Source: a virus. Taken from it: a DNA stretch of 64,000 bases. The notes beneath the pieces are model-generated. The model was not told where the DNA came from. It worked only from the letters and a program-made list of their open reading frames with translations, and did no database searches. Shown here piece after piece: positions 37,302 to 46,175 of this stretch. The stretch's first letter is position 1. Each line of letters opens with the position of its first letter. The position numbers and the translations under genes are program-made. Where the stretch lies: positions 6,888 to 70,887 of the IMG/VR virus record IMGVR_UViG_3300043777_000102; one strand, 5' to 3'.

Positions 37302-38275
37302 CGCGCCCGCTGCCAATAGCCGCACCAATCCACCGAAGGACGCGAGGCCATCGCCAGCGCCATGATGTTCTGGACTTGCCGGCCGTTATCCACGCGCCGG
37401 TGATCTTCGCGCCATGCTGACTCCTGGGCATATCGGATCAGGTACGGCCCGGCGATATGATGATGGTGGCCCAGCTCGGCCCGGCGTAGGCGGCTGAAAA
37501 ATTCCTCGGCACCGTTCGTGTACACGCCATTGAGGCTGTACGCTTCTTGGTGGTCGATCCGCTGCATGGCGAAGCGTGTCTGTAGGTCATTCCAGCCGGC
37601 GGCTTCATCGGCCACGATCTCGGTCCCCTTGGCGACGCGATTGGTGATGAAGCCCAGCGCCGCGGACTCGGACTTGAACACGGCTGGCAGCGTCCGGCCT
37701 TCGCGCTCGCGGATCACCACCACGACTTGCCGCTTGCCGTTCTGGTTCTTCGTCAGCCGGCGATCCCGTCGGTTCTCCCGCAGATTGGACGGCTTCACGT
37801 ACCCGCCAAAATATCCGCCGTCGATTTCTGCCGTACGTCCGATCCCGCCGACCATCTGGCCTTTCATCTCCGACGCCATCGCCTCGCGGAGTTTATGGGC
37901 GAGCACAAAGGCGGTTTTGTATTGTACACCGAGATCGCGGGAGAGTGCCAGTGCCGCTTTGCCCTTCACTTCGTTGCAAAAGATGGCGATGGCCGCGAGA
38001 TAGCTCCGAAGCGGCAGCTTGTGCCAGGCGAACAGCGTCCCAGTCGTGATGCTGAAATCCTTGCCGCACTCTTTGCATCGCCAGCGCGGGCCACGACCGG
38101 GCTTGCGGCAGTCGTAGACGGACTCGCATCCACAATGGGCGCAAACGGCCCGGCCTTCGGTTGCCTGCCAGCGGATGCCCATGAAAGCCGTCTCGGCTTC
38201 CTGATCCGTCATGCGGAAGACCGTGCTCAGAGAGAGCGTGCGGGCCTTCGCCGATAACAGAAAATGTTGCGCCAT
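37298..38275 (-). CDS. IS1595-family transposase
   Basis: Zn ribbon CAHC..CKEC..FSITTGT; EIDGGYFGG; ADE; H..AYS...YTN.AEEFFSRLRR. Confidence 0.95.
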   Translation of the reverse strand: MAQHFLLSAKARTLSLSTVFRMTDQEAETAFMGIRWQATEGRAVCAHCGCESVYDCRKPGRGPRWRCKECGKDFSITTGTLFAWHKLPLRSYLAAIAIFCNEVKGKAALALSRDLGVQYKTAFVLAHKLREAMASEMKGQMVGGIGRTAEIDGGYFGGYVKPSNLRENRRDRRLTKNQNGKRQVVVVIREREGRTLPAVFKSESAALGFITNRVAKGTEIVADEAAGWNDLQTRFAMQRIDHQEAYSLNGVYTNGAEEFFSRLRRAELGHHHHIAGPYLIRYAQESAWREDHRRVDNGRQVQNIMALAMASRPSVDWCGYWQRAR

Positions 38276-38297
38276 TTGTCATATCCAACGGTTCGCC

Positions 38298-38371
38298 GTC
38301 GTTTATGACAACAGGCATGCTTGATGTCAACGGAAATTCGTCGTATATGACGGTTCATCGTCGATTTTGAC
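38298..38371. promoter_or_regulatory. Three palindromic operator-like boxes GTCG-N4-TGAC between transposase and DUF6471-like gene
   Basis: 38298-38309, 38340-38351, 38360-38371. Confidence 0.55.
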
Positions 38372-38381
38372 GGAGACCGAT

Positions 38382-38621
38382 ATGGGGCTGACGGACCGTG
38401 AAAAGGAATGGGCCAGCAAGGCGAGCCGGTTCATCAAGGCCGAGACCAAGCGGGCCGGTATCGGCTATCGCGAGCTTGCCGAGCGGTTGAACGCGCATGG
38501 CCTGCAAGAAACTGAGGACTCAATCGCGTCCAAGCTGGCGCGCGGGACCTTCTCGGTGACGTTCTTCCTGGCGTGCTTGGCGGTACTGGGACTCGATCAG
38601 GCGCGGCTGCTTGATCTCTGA
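38382..38621 (+). CDS. DUF6471-like HTH protein
   Basis: KAETKRAGIGYRELAERL..G..ET..SIASKLARGTFS..FFL. Confidence 0.8.
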   Translation: MGLTDREKEWASKASRFIKAETKRAGIGYRELAERLNAHGLQETEDSIASKLARGTFSVTFFLACLAVLGLDQARLLDL

Positions 38622-39619
38622 TGGGGCGCTGCGTACTCGCCGCTGCGGCTTCCTTGGCCATAGTCACGTATCAGGCTGCCGGTAATGAACCAGGGCGCGA
38701 AGCCTGCTGCTACGATGGCGGGAGTGACCAGAAGCAAAAGCAGTCCGCGCCGACGATGTCCCTTCCGATCCCGCAATTCCCAGCCCTTCTCGCTCAGGAA
38801 ATAGGCACTGAAAACGGTGAGGGCCAGCCAGGGATAGGATGCGATGTAGAGGAAAAGAAGCCAGTCGGGTGGATAGGCTGGCGAGCGTGGTGGTTCAAAC
38901 TGGCCGACGACCCTACCGCGGGAGTGACTGCGGCGCTCGTACTGTTGACTGCCATTTACGTGGTGATTATCGGCAAGCAGACCGGCGCGATAAAAACCTC
39001 GGCCGATGCTGCCAAAACCGCCGCTGAAACGGCCGTCAAGCAATTCGACGTGGGGCACCGCCCATGGATACCTCCCGACGTTCAGATAGACGGGGAGATA
39101 ATTGCCAAGCTCGATGGGATGCGGGTGCCCTTGAAAATTGTCGTTCGAAACACCGGAAGCTCCCCTGCGTTCAACGTTACTGCGGAATGTGAACTTTCGC
39201 TCGATTGTCTGGAGGCGGACACTTGTGCCCAGCGGCAAGCGGTCTTCGCCGATGGGCTGCTGGCCAAAATCCAATGGAGGAAGGATCGCGGAGTAAGGGG
39301 TGTAACGCTGTTCCCCAACGAGCAGGTCGAAATAGGTGAGATCCTGACCGCCTCGGAAGACGCTGTACGGGCCGCGATGGAGGCGGATCCTGCGAACCCT
39401 TTTGTGATCCCCGTCGTCTACGGAGCAATAGCGTACGAGTCGATCGCGGGAGGCAGCTACGAGACCGGCTTCGTGCTTCCGATCACTCAAAAAAGCCCCC
39501 AATTCCGCGCCGGGCAGGTGCCGGGAGCGATCTTCGGGGTATTGCCCGGGACAGAGAATATTCCCCCTTTGTCCTTGGCCCTCGTGAAGCACCCAGGGGC
39601 CAGCGGAAGAACAACCTAA
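38621..39619 (+). CDS. Passenger: membrane-anchored hypothetical protein
   Basis: TM helix then SADAAK..RPWI..V.N.G.SPA pattern; start uncertain. Confidence 0.6.
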   Translation: MGRCVLAAAASLAIVTYQAAGNEPGREACCYDGGSDQKQKQSAPTMSLPIPQFPALLAQEIGTENGEGQPGIGCDVEEKKPVGWIGWRAWWFKLADDPTAGVTAALVLLTAIYVVIIGKQTGAIKTSADAAKTAAETAVKQFDVGHRPWIPPDVQIDGEIIAKLDGMRVPLKIVVRNTGSSPAFNVTAECELSLDCLEADTCAQRQAVFADGLLAKIQWRKDRGVRGVTLFPNEQVEIGEILTASEDAVRAAMEADPANPFVIPVVYGAIAYESIAGGSYETGFVLPITQKSPQFRAGQVPGAIFGVLPGTENIPPLSLALVKHPGASGRTT

Positions 39620-40020
39620 AATGAGCCAGACAGCGGCTAGTGCCGCACGCCCACGCACAACGCGGCCCCTACGTCAAACTATGAGGGGAAAATGGGAAGC
39701 CGCAGCGCATGGCGCCGCTGGTCTTTGCTACACAACACCGCTCACTCGCGCTACGCTCGCCACATGGCCGCGCGTCACGCTCCAATCGCATCGGCAGCAA
39801 TGGCTGCCCTCTCGTACCGTCACTCATATGCTGATGTCCCTGGTCCATGGTTCGGCCCGTTCCCCCGAGCCGTCTCAACGCACGCCAAGCCAACACAATA
39901 CATACCGCACCGTGCGGGATATGTCCAGCGCAATCGAGCGTCCGCCAGAAGATATATTCCCAGGGGATGCGCTCAAGCGCCCAAAGCCCGATGGTCCAGC
40001 CCACCAGACAGGACAGCCGC

Positions 40021-40593
40021 ATGCGTCAGCTTACGCCCAAACAAGTCATGTTCGTACGTGAGTACAAACGGAACGGCGGCAACGCCACAGCAGCTCACCG
40101 GCTTGCTTACCCAAACAATCTGACCGACCGACAACGTGCGTCAGCCGCATCCATGCTCAAGAAGGTCGCGCAGGTGGCGCGGGCGCTCTCCGAGGTCGAC
40201 GGCGCGGCGCAAGTTGTCGTTCGTGAGACCGCCGACAGGTATGCGGTCAGCCAGCAGGCGTTGGCCTCGATGCTCATCAGGCTGGCCGCATACGACATCA
40301 ACGACATCTGCATGCTGGAGACCGAGACTGGCGAGGACGGCAAGCCGGCGCAGGTGCTGCGCGTCAAAGACTTCAGCAAGATGGATCCGTCAGCTCGGTA
40401 CGCCATCACAGAGGTTGGCTATGACGCCAAGGGGCGGGTCACGGTGAAGATGGCGGACAAGCGCCAGGCTGCGGTCAATCTGGCCCAGCTGATGGGCCTG
40501 ATCACGGACCGCGGCGCGTCGGCCGTCGACCCTGTCACCGGCAAGCCAGTGGATCGTTTCCAGCCGGTCGTGCTGCAGATCGTGAGGAAGTGA
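40021..40593 (+). CDS. terS: Terminase small subunit
   Basis: LTPKQ.MFVREY...GNATAA.R.AY; VKMADK..A..L. Confidence 0.85.
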   Translation: MRQLTPKQVMFVREYKRNGGNATAAHRLAYPNNLTDRQRASAASMLKKVAQVARALSEVDGAAQVVVRETADRYAVSQQALASMLIRLAAYDINDICMLETETGEDGKPAQVLRVKDFSKMDPSARYAITEVGYDAKGRVTVKMADKRQAAVNLAQLMGLITDRGASAVDPVTGKPVDRFQPVVLQIVRK

Positions 40594-41118
40594 GACCGCG
40601 TTAGAGGTTGCGCGTCGGATTGTGCAGTTGGTGATGGTTCATGCGTCGCGGTGCCGCAGTATCTACATTATGGAAAGGGGATAACTCGACAATCCTCAAT
40701 GACATCAATGGTCATGCTCGTTAGTGACGTGCCATCGGTCCATTCTGGCGTGCATCGGCAACCGGTGCGTGCGTCGACCGTTAGCACCAGCCGGGCAGGT
40801 GCGAGCCCGCGCACGCTGTCCAGGCCGCGCGACCGCGGCAGGCCACCCGGCCCCCAAGGACGTTCGAACTGCGCCATGGCCTGGGTCCCCCCATCCTCGC
40901 TGTGCTGAACCCCCTGGCGGTTCTCGTATCAGACCGCGTCCGGAATTTTCTGAAAATCGCGCTGGTGGGACGAACATCCCCCCGGGTTGCGTGTGAGGAT
41001 CGCGTCTGGAATAATTTTGGGAATAATTTTCGGCAGTTTCGGGCGTTTGGAATTTCGCTGTGTGAAACGCGAATGGGGCTTGGTTGGGAAATCGTCGTTC
41101 TCACGAATATGTGATAAT

Positions 41119-41307
41119 TCACGTGATTTGAGGCTTGATGCCTCTCCTGCGGGCGAGCCTTGCTGCGAGATGGAGTGGATCGTCGTCGAGGCCCTCGGTC
41201 TCGGCTTTCAGGAGCAGGCGGGTTGCCTGCCGTCTGAGGCGGATGGATTTGCGCTCCTGGGGGGTGAGAGGGGGCTGACTGGTTTTCGGTCTGCGGCGCT
41301 TCGCCAT
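41119..41307 (-). CDS. Small basic protein
   Basis: 62-aa Arg/Lys-rich ORF. Confidence 0.4.
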   Translation of the reverse strand: MAKRRRPKTSQPPLTPQERKSIRLRRQATRLLLKAETEGLDDDPLHLAARLARRRGIKPQIT

Positions 41308-41508
41308 TGCCTGCGTTCCGGCCGTTCGGACGCACCCACCCCCTTACCCCCTCCCGTGCGCGGTCGGAACGAACCGCGTTTGGGCGCCTCGGGGCTGGTT
41401 ACCCGGGCGGGTGCTGCTTGGTGGTTCGTCGCGCGCCTGAGCACCAGGCGGCCTTTCCCCCGAGGGGATCGCGGCTCGGTTTGGGGCCGAGCCGACGCGA
41501 CGTGGGCG

Positions 41509-41796
41509 TCAGAACGGCGGGTCGTAATTTGGCGAGGAGCGGTCTTGGAGGTCGTTGATGCAGGAGGGGCAGTAGATGAAGCCGTGCATGCGCGGGCGGC
41601 GGCCGCATTGGTAGCAAAGGGTGGGAGCTGGATTTGCGGCGAGAGATGCGAGCGCTGCGGCTCGGGCCTCGGGATCGTCGGCGAGGGAGCGGCATGGGCC
41701 GGCTGCGCCTTCGACGCGATCCTTGGCGCGGAGCTTGGAGAGTTTTCTCGCGATGCGCCGGTGGTGCATGCCGGCTGAGCCAGTGTTCCGATACAT
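41509..41796 (-). CDS. Zinc-finger protein
   Basis: CYQC..YCPSC; ends DPPF. Confidence 0.55.
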   Translation of the reverse strand: MYRNTGSAGMHHRRIARKLSKLRAKDRVEGAAGPCRSLADDPEARAAALASLAANPAPTLCYQCGRRPRMHGFIYCPSCINDLQDRSSPNYDPPF

Positions 41797-41799
41797 GGG

Positions 41800-41985
41800 T
41801 TAGGCCCTGAGCCCCTCGACGCGATCGACGGTGATCCAGTGAGGCCTGCCGGCGATACTGATTTTCAGCAGCTCGCCGTCCTGACGTGTGGCCTCGACGT
41901 GGAACTCGATCAGCACCTTCGCCCCCGGCTGGATGGGGGGGTAGTAGGCGACGGTTGGTGGGGCGGCGTCAAGACGGTTGCTCAC
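41800..41985 (-). CDS. Small hypothetical protein
   Basis: GTGA coupling. Confidence 0.5.
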   Translation of the reverse strand: MSNRLDAAPPTVAYYPPIQPGAKVLIEFHVEATRQDGELLKISIAGRPHWITVDRVEGLRA

Positions 41986-42164
41986 GGGTGGCGCTCCGGC
42001 ATCCGGCTGCGGACCAAGCAGCCAAGGGCGGCGGTCACCGCGGCAAATGTCGTCATTGCCACCGTGTAGGCCGGCGCCGGGCCGAATATGACCGAGAACC
42101 AAGCTCCGATGGCTACGCCGGTCATTGAGCCGGCGAGCCAATCACACCAGCGCTGCGGGATCAT
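41982..42164 (-). CDS. Small membrane protein
   Basis: Two hydrophobic segments; ATGA coupling. Confidence 0.55.
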   Translation of the reverse strand: MIPQRWCDWLAGSMTGVAIGAWFSVIFGPAPAYTVAMTTFAAVTAALGCLVRSRMPERHP

Positions 42165-42547
42165 GTCGGCACCCTGCGTCGGAACCAGACTCGATTCGAG
42201 TCAGTGACCGCGAAAGGCTCACCGCCGTCGCCGACCACTTCCCAGCCGCTTGTGGCCATGCGGCAGCTTCCCGTCTCCCACCGCTCGGGCTTCGGCGCCT
42301 GGTCAGCCTCGAATGCTCTGACGTATGCGCTGTTCTCCCGGGCGATCTCTGCCCGCAGCCGCTCGATCTCGGCCACGGCGTCGCGGAGCAACTGAAGCCG
42401 GACGATCGCGTTCCCGCGCGAGGCGAGGTCCGGATTCTCGATGATGTTCTTCAACCGCCCCAGCACGTCGTCTGGCGCGGTCGGGTTGAGCGCGGAGTCT
42501 TGGCACCGGCTGCTGATGCCGTTCGGGGGATGGTGAAGTTCGGTCAT
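42161..42547 (-). CDS. Hypothetical protein
   Basis: DVLGRL..DAVAEIERLRAE coiled coil; AAGGAG RBS. Confidence 0.6.
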   Translation of the reverse strand: MTELHHPPNGISSRCQDSALNPTAPDDVLGRLKNIIENPDLASRGNAIVRLQLLRDAVAEIERLRAEIARENSAYVRAFEADQAPKPERWETGSCRMATSGWEVVGDGGEPFAVTDSNRVWFRRRVPT

Positions 42548-42715
42548 TCGGCAAGCTCCTTCATGTTCGGGCTTGCCTCGGCCGGTGCGGCACCATATCG
42601 GGAGGTGCCATTTGGCTGATGCGTGCCCAGGATCCGTGTCAGTCGCCCGCGGGGCTGCGAACCCCGTTGGCCATCCGAAAATAGCCGCAAGCCCGTCCCT
42701 AGCGCAAGCCGGGTG

Positions 42716-43053
42716 GCGGGCTTCGCGTTTCTGGGGTTATACTGCGACACCCCAGCGAGGGCTGCGGGTTACGAGCACTAGGAGCAGCACCGTGTACCTC
42801 AAGATTATGGATGCGAACTCCGCATCTGATGCCGAGTCGCGAAAAACCTATCTCATGTTGGCCGATGTGATATCGGTCAAATTCTCTCGCGCTTTGGGCG
42901 CAGGCCCCGCGCCGGAGATGGAGACCGTGGCATTCGTCCGGCTTAAATCCGGGGAACTGCAAACGCACCATGTCCCGGGTGATGCGTATCTCATGAATGA
43001 TGACGGGAAGACGATTTCATCCGTAGCATGAGCGGGCTTCGCGTTTCTGGGGT
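42716..43053 (+). repeat. 22-bp direct repeats GCGGGCTTCGCGTTTCTGGGGT flanking a single ORF
   Basis: Copies at 42716-42737 and 43032-43053, each adjacent to a -10-like hexamer (TATACT, TAGATT). Confidence 0.8.
42792..43031 (+). CDS. Moron-like hypothetical protein
   Basis: AGGAG RBS; lower GC; AYLMNDDGKTI C-terminal motif. Confidence 0.7.
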   Translation: MYLKIMDANSASDAESRKTYLMLADVISVKFSRALGAGPAPEMETVAFVRLKSGELQTHHVPGDAYLMNDDGKTISSVA

Positions 43054-43141
43054 AGATTGCGGGAGCTGCGGCGCGGTCGGCAACACAGGAGCCAGGGCAC
43101 TTTCCCGGGCGGTGGCCAGCACGAGGCGTCGCAGCGCGTGG

Positions 43142-43218
43142 TGTGGGGTGGAGCAGTCCGGTAGCTCGTCAGGCTCATAACCTGGAGGTCAGGGGTTCGA
43201 ATCCCCTCCCCGCTACCA
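43142..43218 (+). tRNA. tRNA-fMet (CAT), initiator type, CCA encoded
   Basis: Cloverleaf; 1:72 mismatch; A11-U24; AGG/CCU anticodon-stem pairs; TTCGAAT T-loop. Confidence 0.93.
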
Positions 43219-43264
43219 CCTTCTGTCGAAAATGCTTGAATCGCAGCGCTGAGCCGTCCATATC

Positions 43265-43440
43265 GCGGCTGTCCCTGCGGCTTTTCGTCCCCCGATCAGC
43301 CGCGCACAGGTCCAGATCGCGCCGCCCGGTCCGAAAGATCGCTGGCGGCGCGGTCACGTACGGTCCACGGTGCGGGCGAGACGTTTCCTCCCACTTCCAA
43401 ACTTTCCCGGCCGTCCCATGCCAGAGGCGGCCGTTTTTCT
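43265..43440 (+). ncRNA. Candidate sRNA with anti-SD segment and terminator
   Basis: Long stem 43315-43355 with GAAA loop; TTTCCTCCCACTTCC; CGGCCGTC/GGCGGCCG + TTTTT. Confidence 0.45.
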
Positions 43441-43500
43441 TGCATCGGCGTGGCAATCGGGGTGAATGTGGCGTTCATTGCCACCTCGGGGGACGCCAGC

Positions 43501-43665
43501 ATGCGCAACACCGACCCGCTTCGAAACGCCTATCCGGGCGACTTCTTCCATGTGAAGCCGCGGAAGGACTCGGCGGCGACGGTGATCGCGGTCTGCGCTT
43601 TGGTGGTCTGCCTGGTGCTGACCGCGCTGTTCGCCTCGGCGCTTTTTGGGTGGCCGATCGGATGA
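43501..43665 (+). CDS. Small membrane protein
   Basis: Single TM helix; ATGA coupling. Confidence 0.55.
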   Translation: MRNTDPLRNAYPGDFFHVKPRKDSAATVIAVCALVVCLVLTALFASALFGWPIG

Positions 43666-44048
43666 ACGGCTCCGAGATCAAGGGCCTGAAACTGGCGATC
43701 CCGAAAAAGCGGCGCGAGGAGCGGTGCGACACCTGCTATTGGGTCCACCATGACGCGATGCGCGGGCTCGCCTGCCATGGTGCACCACCGACGGCCCACG
43801 TCCTGCAGGAGCAGGAGACGCCGCCGGTGATGAACCCACTCCGGCCCGGCGAAGTCATCCCCGGTCGGATGCGGTTGCGGCCGATCACGGTCTGGCCGCC
43901 GGTGGCCCCGGACGACTTCTGCCGCCATTGGGACCTCCGCGCCGGGCCGGCAGTATCCGCGATACCCCGACTCGGGGAGCCGGACCTGGAGCCCGGGGCG
44001 CCGCTCGACGAGACCGTGATCGAGCATCCGGTGACGAATGCGCCATGA
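43662..44048 (+). CDS. Cys-rich phage protein
   Basis: CDTC..CHGAPP..WPPV..DDFCRHW. Confidence 0.7.
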   Translation: MNGSEIKGLKLAIPKKRREERCDTCYWVHHDAMRGLACHGAPPTAHVLQEQETPPVMNPLRPGEVIPGRMRLRPITVWPPVAPDDFCRHWDLRAGPAVSAIPRLGEPDLEPGAPLDETVIEHPVTNAP

Positions 44049-44506
44049 AGGATCCGTCCGAGATGGAGCCGTGGGCGCGTCGCCTCGCGTTCCGGTATCT
44101 GGCGGTCCGACTCTTCGGCGACGAGTGGGCGGACAAGATGGCGCGATCGTCGGTGCACGTCGGGCCAGTCCAGATTCAGCAGTTTCTCGACGGCGGCGAC
44201 GTGTCATGTCGGACCATACGAAAGCTGATGGACGCCATGGGGCGCGCAATCCATGAACTTCGCACGCCTCCGGGAGCGCCAGATAGTGATGCGATATCGC
44301 TCGACCGGCCCCAGGTCCCGAGAATCCCGCGCGACGCCGTCAACTGGAACGCGATTCGCGGCCGCGTCTGGCGGTCGGGTGACATGCGCTGGCGCACCCT
44401 CGACATCCGGCGGGACAGCGTCCTGTATGGTTTCGTCGAATACGGGCCGGAGAAGCCAGACGGCATACGGCCGGTTCTTCGGTATCACGGTGATTGGCGC
44501 TTCTGA
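44045..44506 (+). CDS. Two-domain fusion of modules that also occur free in this genome
   Basis: N-half similar to 13857-14120, C-half similar to 45103-45324. Confidence 0.75.
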   Translation: MKDPSEMEPWARRLAFRYLAVRLFGDEWADKMARSSVHVGPVQIQQFLDGGDVSCRTIRKLMDAMGRAIHELRTPPGAPDSDAISLDRPQVPRIPRDAVNWNAIRGRVWRSGDMRWRTLDIRRDSVLYGFVEYGPEKPDGIRPVLRYHGDWRF

Positions 44507-44535
44507 TGGGGGTTGACGGGGTCGCCCTAAGCTCA

Positions 44536-44901
44536 ATGAGTCATTCTCGCGGCAGGAAGCGTACGCCGCGGGACATCTCGGTTGCTTCGGTCGAGACAAT
44601 CGAGCTTGAGCGAGACGACGAAACTGGCGCCCTTCGCATGATTGTCGGGCCCGAGCTTCTTTCCGCAGATGCTGTCACTCGTGGTTGGGGAAGAGTCGAG
44701 GTGATCGTCGAATGCAGGACCGCCACCGGGACAGCGCCAGGCCGGTTGGCCTGCGACATTCACCCCGACGGCAGTTCGATCTATGTGATGTCCCCGGATG
44801 GCGCCAACTCCCTGATTTTGCGGCTCTCGACGGCCAAAGCGCTACTCGATCTGCTACCGAAGGCGATCATCATGGCAGAGGTTGTTGGCCGTGGCGGTTG
44901 A
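44536..44901 (+). CDS. Hypothetical protein
   Basis: Co-oriented ORF in operon. Confidence 0.5.
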   Translation: MSHSRGRKRTPRDISVASVETIELERDDETGALRMIVGPELLSADAVTRGWGRVEVIVECRTATGTAPGRLACDIHPDGSSIYVMSPDGANSLILRLSTAKALLDLLPKAIIMAEVVGRGG

Positions 44902-45103
44902 CGTCACGAACCACTCGGTCCTGGTGATCGCCCGCGGCCAATCGCGTGAGGTGGTCGGCCGGCCCGGGCACATGACGCTGGAGGCGGCCGTGCAGGTCGC
45001 GGCGTCGGCTGGCGGCAAGCTGGTCGCCCTCCGGCTCAACCGCGGGCTGTCCAAGGACGGCGGCGTGCGACTTATATCTGTGCAGCAGGGGAGCGGGCGC
45101 TGA
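44891..45103 (+). CDS. Hypothetical protein
   Basis: GAGG RBS; TGATG coupling. Confidence 0.5.
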   Translation: MAVDVTNHSVLVIARGQSREVVGRPGHMTLEAAVQVAASAGGKLVALRLNRGLSKDGGVRLISVQQGSGR

Positions 45104-45324
45104 TGGCCACTGAGCAGCTTGTCCTGCCTCAAGTGCCTCCGATCCCCGCCGATGCGGTAAACTGGCGCGACATTCGCAGCCACGTTTGGGAATCGGGCAA
45201 CATGCGGTGGCGCACCGCGAACGGCAGCCGCGACAGCACGCTCCACGTCTTTATAGAGTATGGAGCCAAGGAGTCGGGCCGAGCGCCGACCCAGCTCCGG
45301 CGGTACAGCGACGGGAGGTTCTGA
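45103..45324 (+). CDS. Small protein, paralog of the C-half of 44045-44506
   Basis: PQVP.IP.DAVNW..IR..VW.SG.MRWRT....RDS.L..F.EYG. Confidence 0.75.
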   Translation: MATEQLVLPQVPPIPADAVNWRDIRSHVWESGNMRWRTANGSRDSTLHVFIEYGAKESGRAPTQLRRYSDGRF

Positions 45325-45515
45325 TGCCGCTGGCGAAGGGCTCATCGGACGCCGTCCGCAGCGAAAATATCGGGGAAATGGTCCACGCAGGACACCCGGT
45401 GGCGCAAGCCGTCGCGGCGGCATATAACCAGCAGCGAGAGGCGCAGCACGCTCACCACGACCCTGGGCAGAAGGAAGCACATCATGGCCGAGTCGAGCGC
45501 ACACGCGCCGGGTAA
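45324..45515 (+). CDS. Small conserved phage protein
   Basis: [30 protein letters not shown]. Confidence 0.65.
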   Translation: MPLAKGSSDAVRSENIGEMVHAGHPVAQAVAAAYNQQREAQHAHHDPGQKEAHHGRVERTRAG

Positions 45516-45858
45516 CCTGATCAACTCGGACGACAGCGGTGGTATCCGCCAGCGCGCCCGCATGGGCGAGGGCAAAGGGCCGGTTGGGGCATCGAACTTC
45601 GGCGTCGGGCCGCTGCCAGGCCATGCCGTGGCGCACAATCACGGGGACCACATGCCGCACGACGGCGTGCATCTCGGCGACCATGAGCGCGCCGGTCCAC
45701 CAGCGTTGCACATGGGCGACGGGAACATGCACGCCACGGCGCACAGCCACCACGGGCCGCATCACCACAACCACGACCATCACCATCTGCTCGACCATGA
45801 CGAGGCCCGGCCGCATCACGTCGACGGCCACAAGGGCCACAAGGCGAAGAAGCGCTGA
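45484..45858 (+). CDS. Histidine-rich protein
   Basis: [15 protein letters not shown] tract, basic tail; AAGGA RBS. Confidence 0.65.
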   Translation: MAESSAHAPGNLINSDDSGGIRQRARMGEGKGPVGASNFGVGPLPGHAVAHNHGDHMPHDGVHLGDHERAGPPALHMGDGNMHATAHSHHGPHHHNHDHHHLLDHDEARPHHVDGHKGHKAKKR

Positions 45859-45924
45859 GTTTCCATTTCCGATTATTGGCAGGTTTTGGCCTGAAAACGG
45901 CCTGAAATCAGTCCAGGAGCGAAC

Positions 45925-46167
45925 ATGAGCGGTTCAAGCACGCAGGACGGCGGTCCCGACGTCGGCGAAGCTGTCGGGTCGGCGCTTGGAGGCGGCCAGT
46001 TCGCCTACACGCCCCCCTCGCAGCCGAATGCGTACGGCCCGACCCTCCCTCCCGTCGACGCCGAACAGCGCGCGGCCACTGCCGATCCCTCGGGAACCGC
46101 AGCCAGACAGCGTGCATGGCGCAAGGAGAGCTACGAGTTCGACAAGTCGAAACCTTCCCGGCCATAG
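45925..46167 (+). CDS. Hypothetical protein
   Basis: AGGAG RBS. Confidence 0.6.
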   Translation: MSGSSTQDGGPDVGEAVGSALGGGQFAYTPPSQPNAYGPTLPPVDAEQRAATADPSGTAARQRAWRKESYEFDKSKPSRP

Positions 46168-46175
46168 GAGCGGGC

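Larger units (their letters stand above)
35617..39739. mobile_element. IS1595-family element with passenger genes (transporter IS)
   Basis: 21-bp imperfect TIRs GGTATCATGTAGCAAAGACCA (35617) and GGTGTTGTGTAGCAAAGACCA (reverse complement ending 39739); internal transposase; AT-richer than flanks. Confidence 0.8.

Noticed and set aside
43142-43218. tRNA as attL/attR prophage boundary
   Set aside because: Phage genes lie on both sides; no integrase and no duplicated tRNA 3' end were seen.
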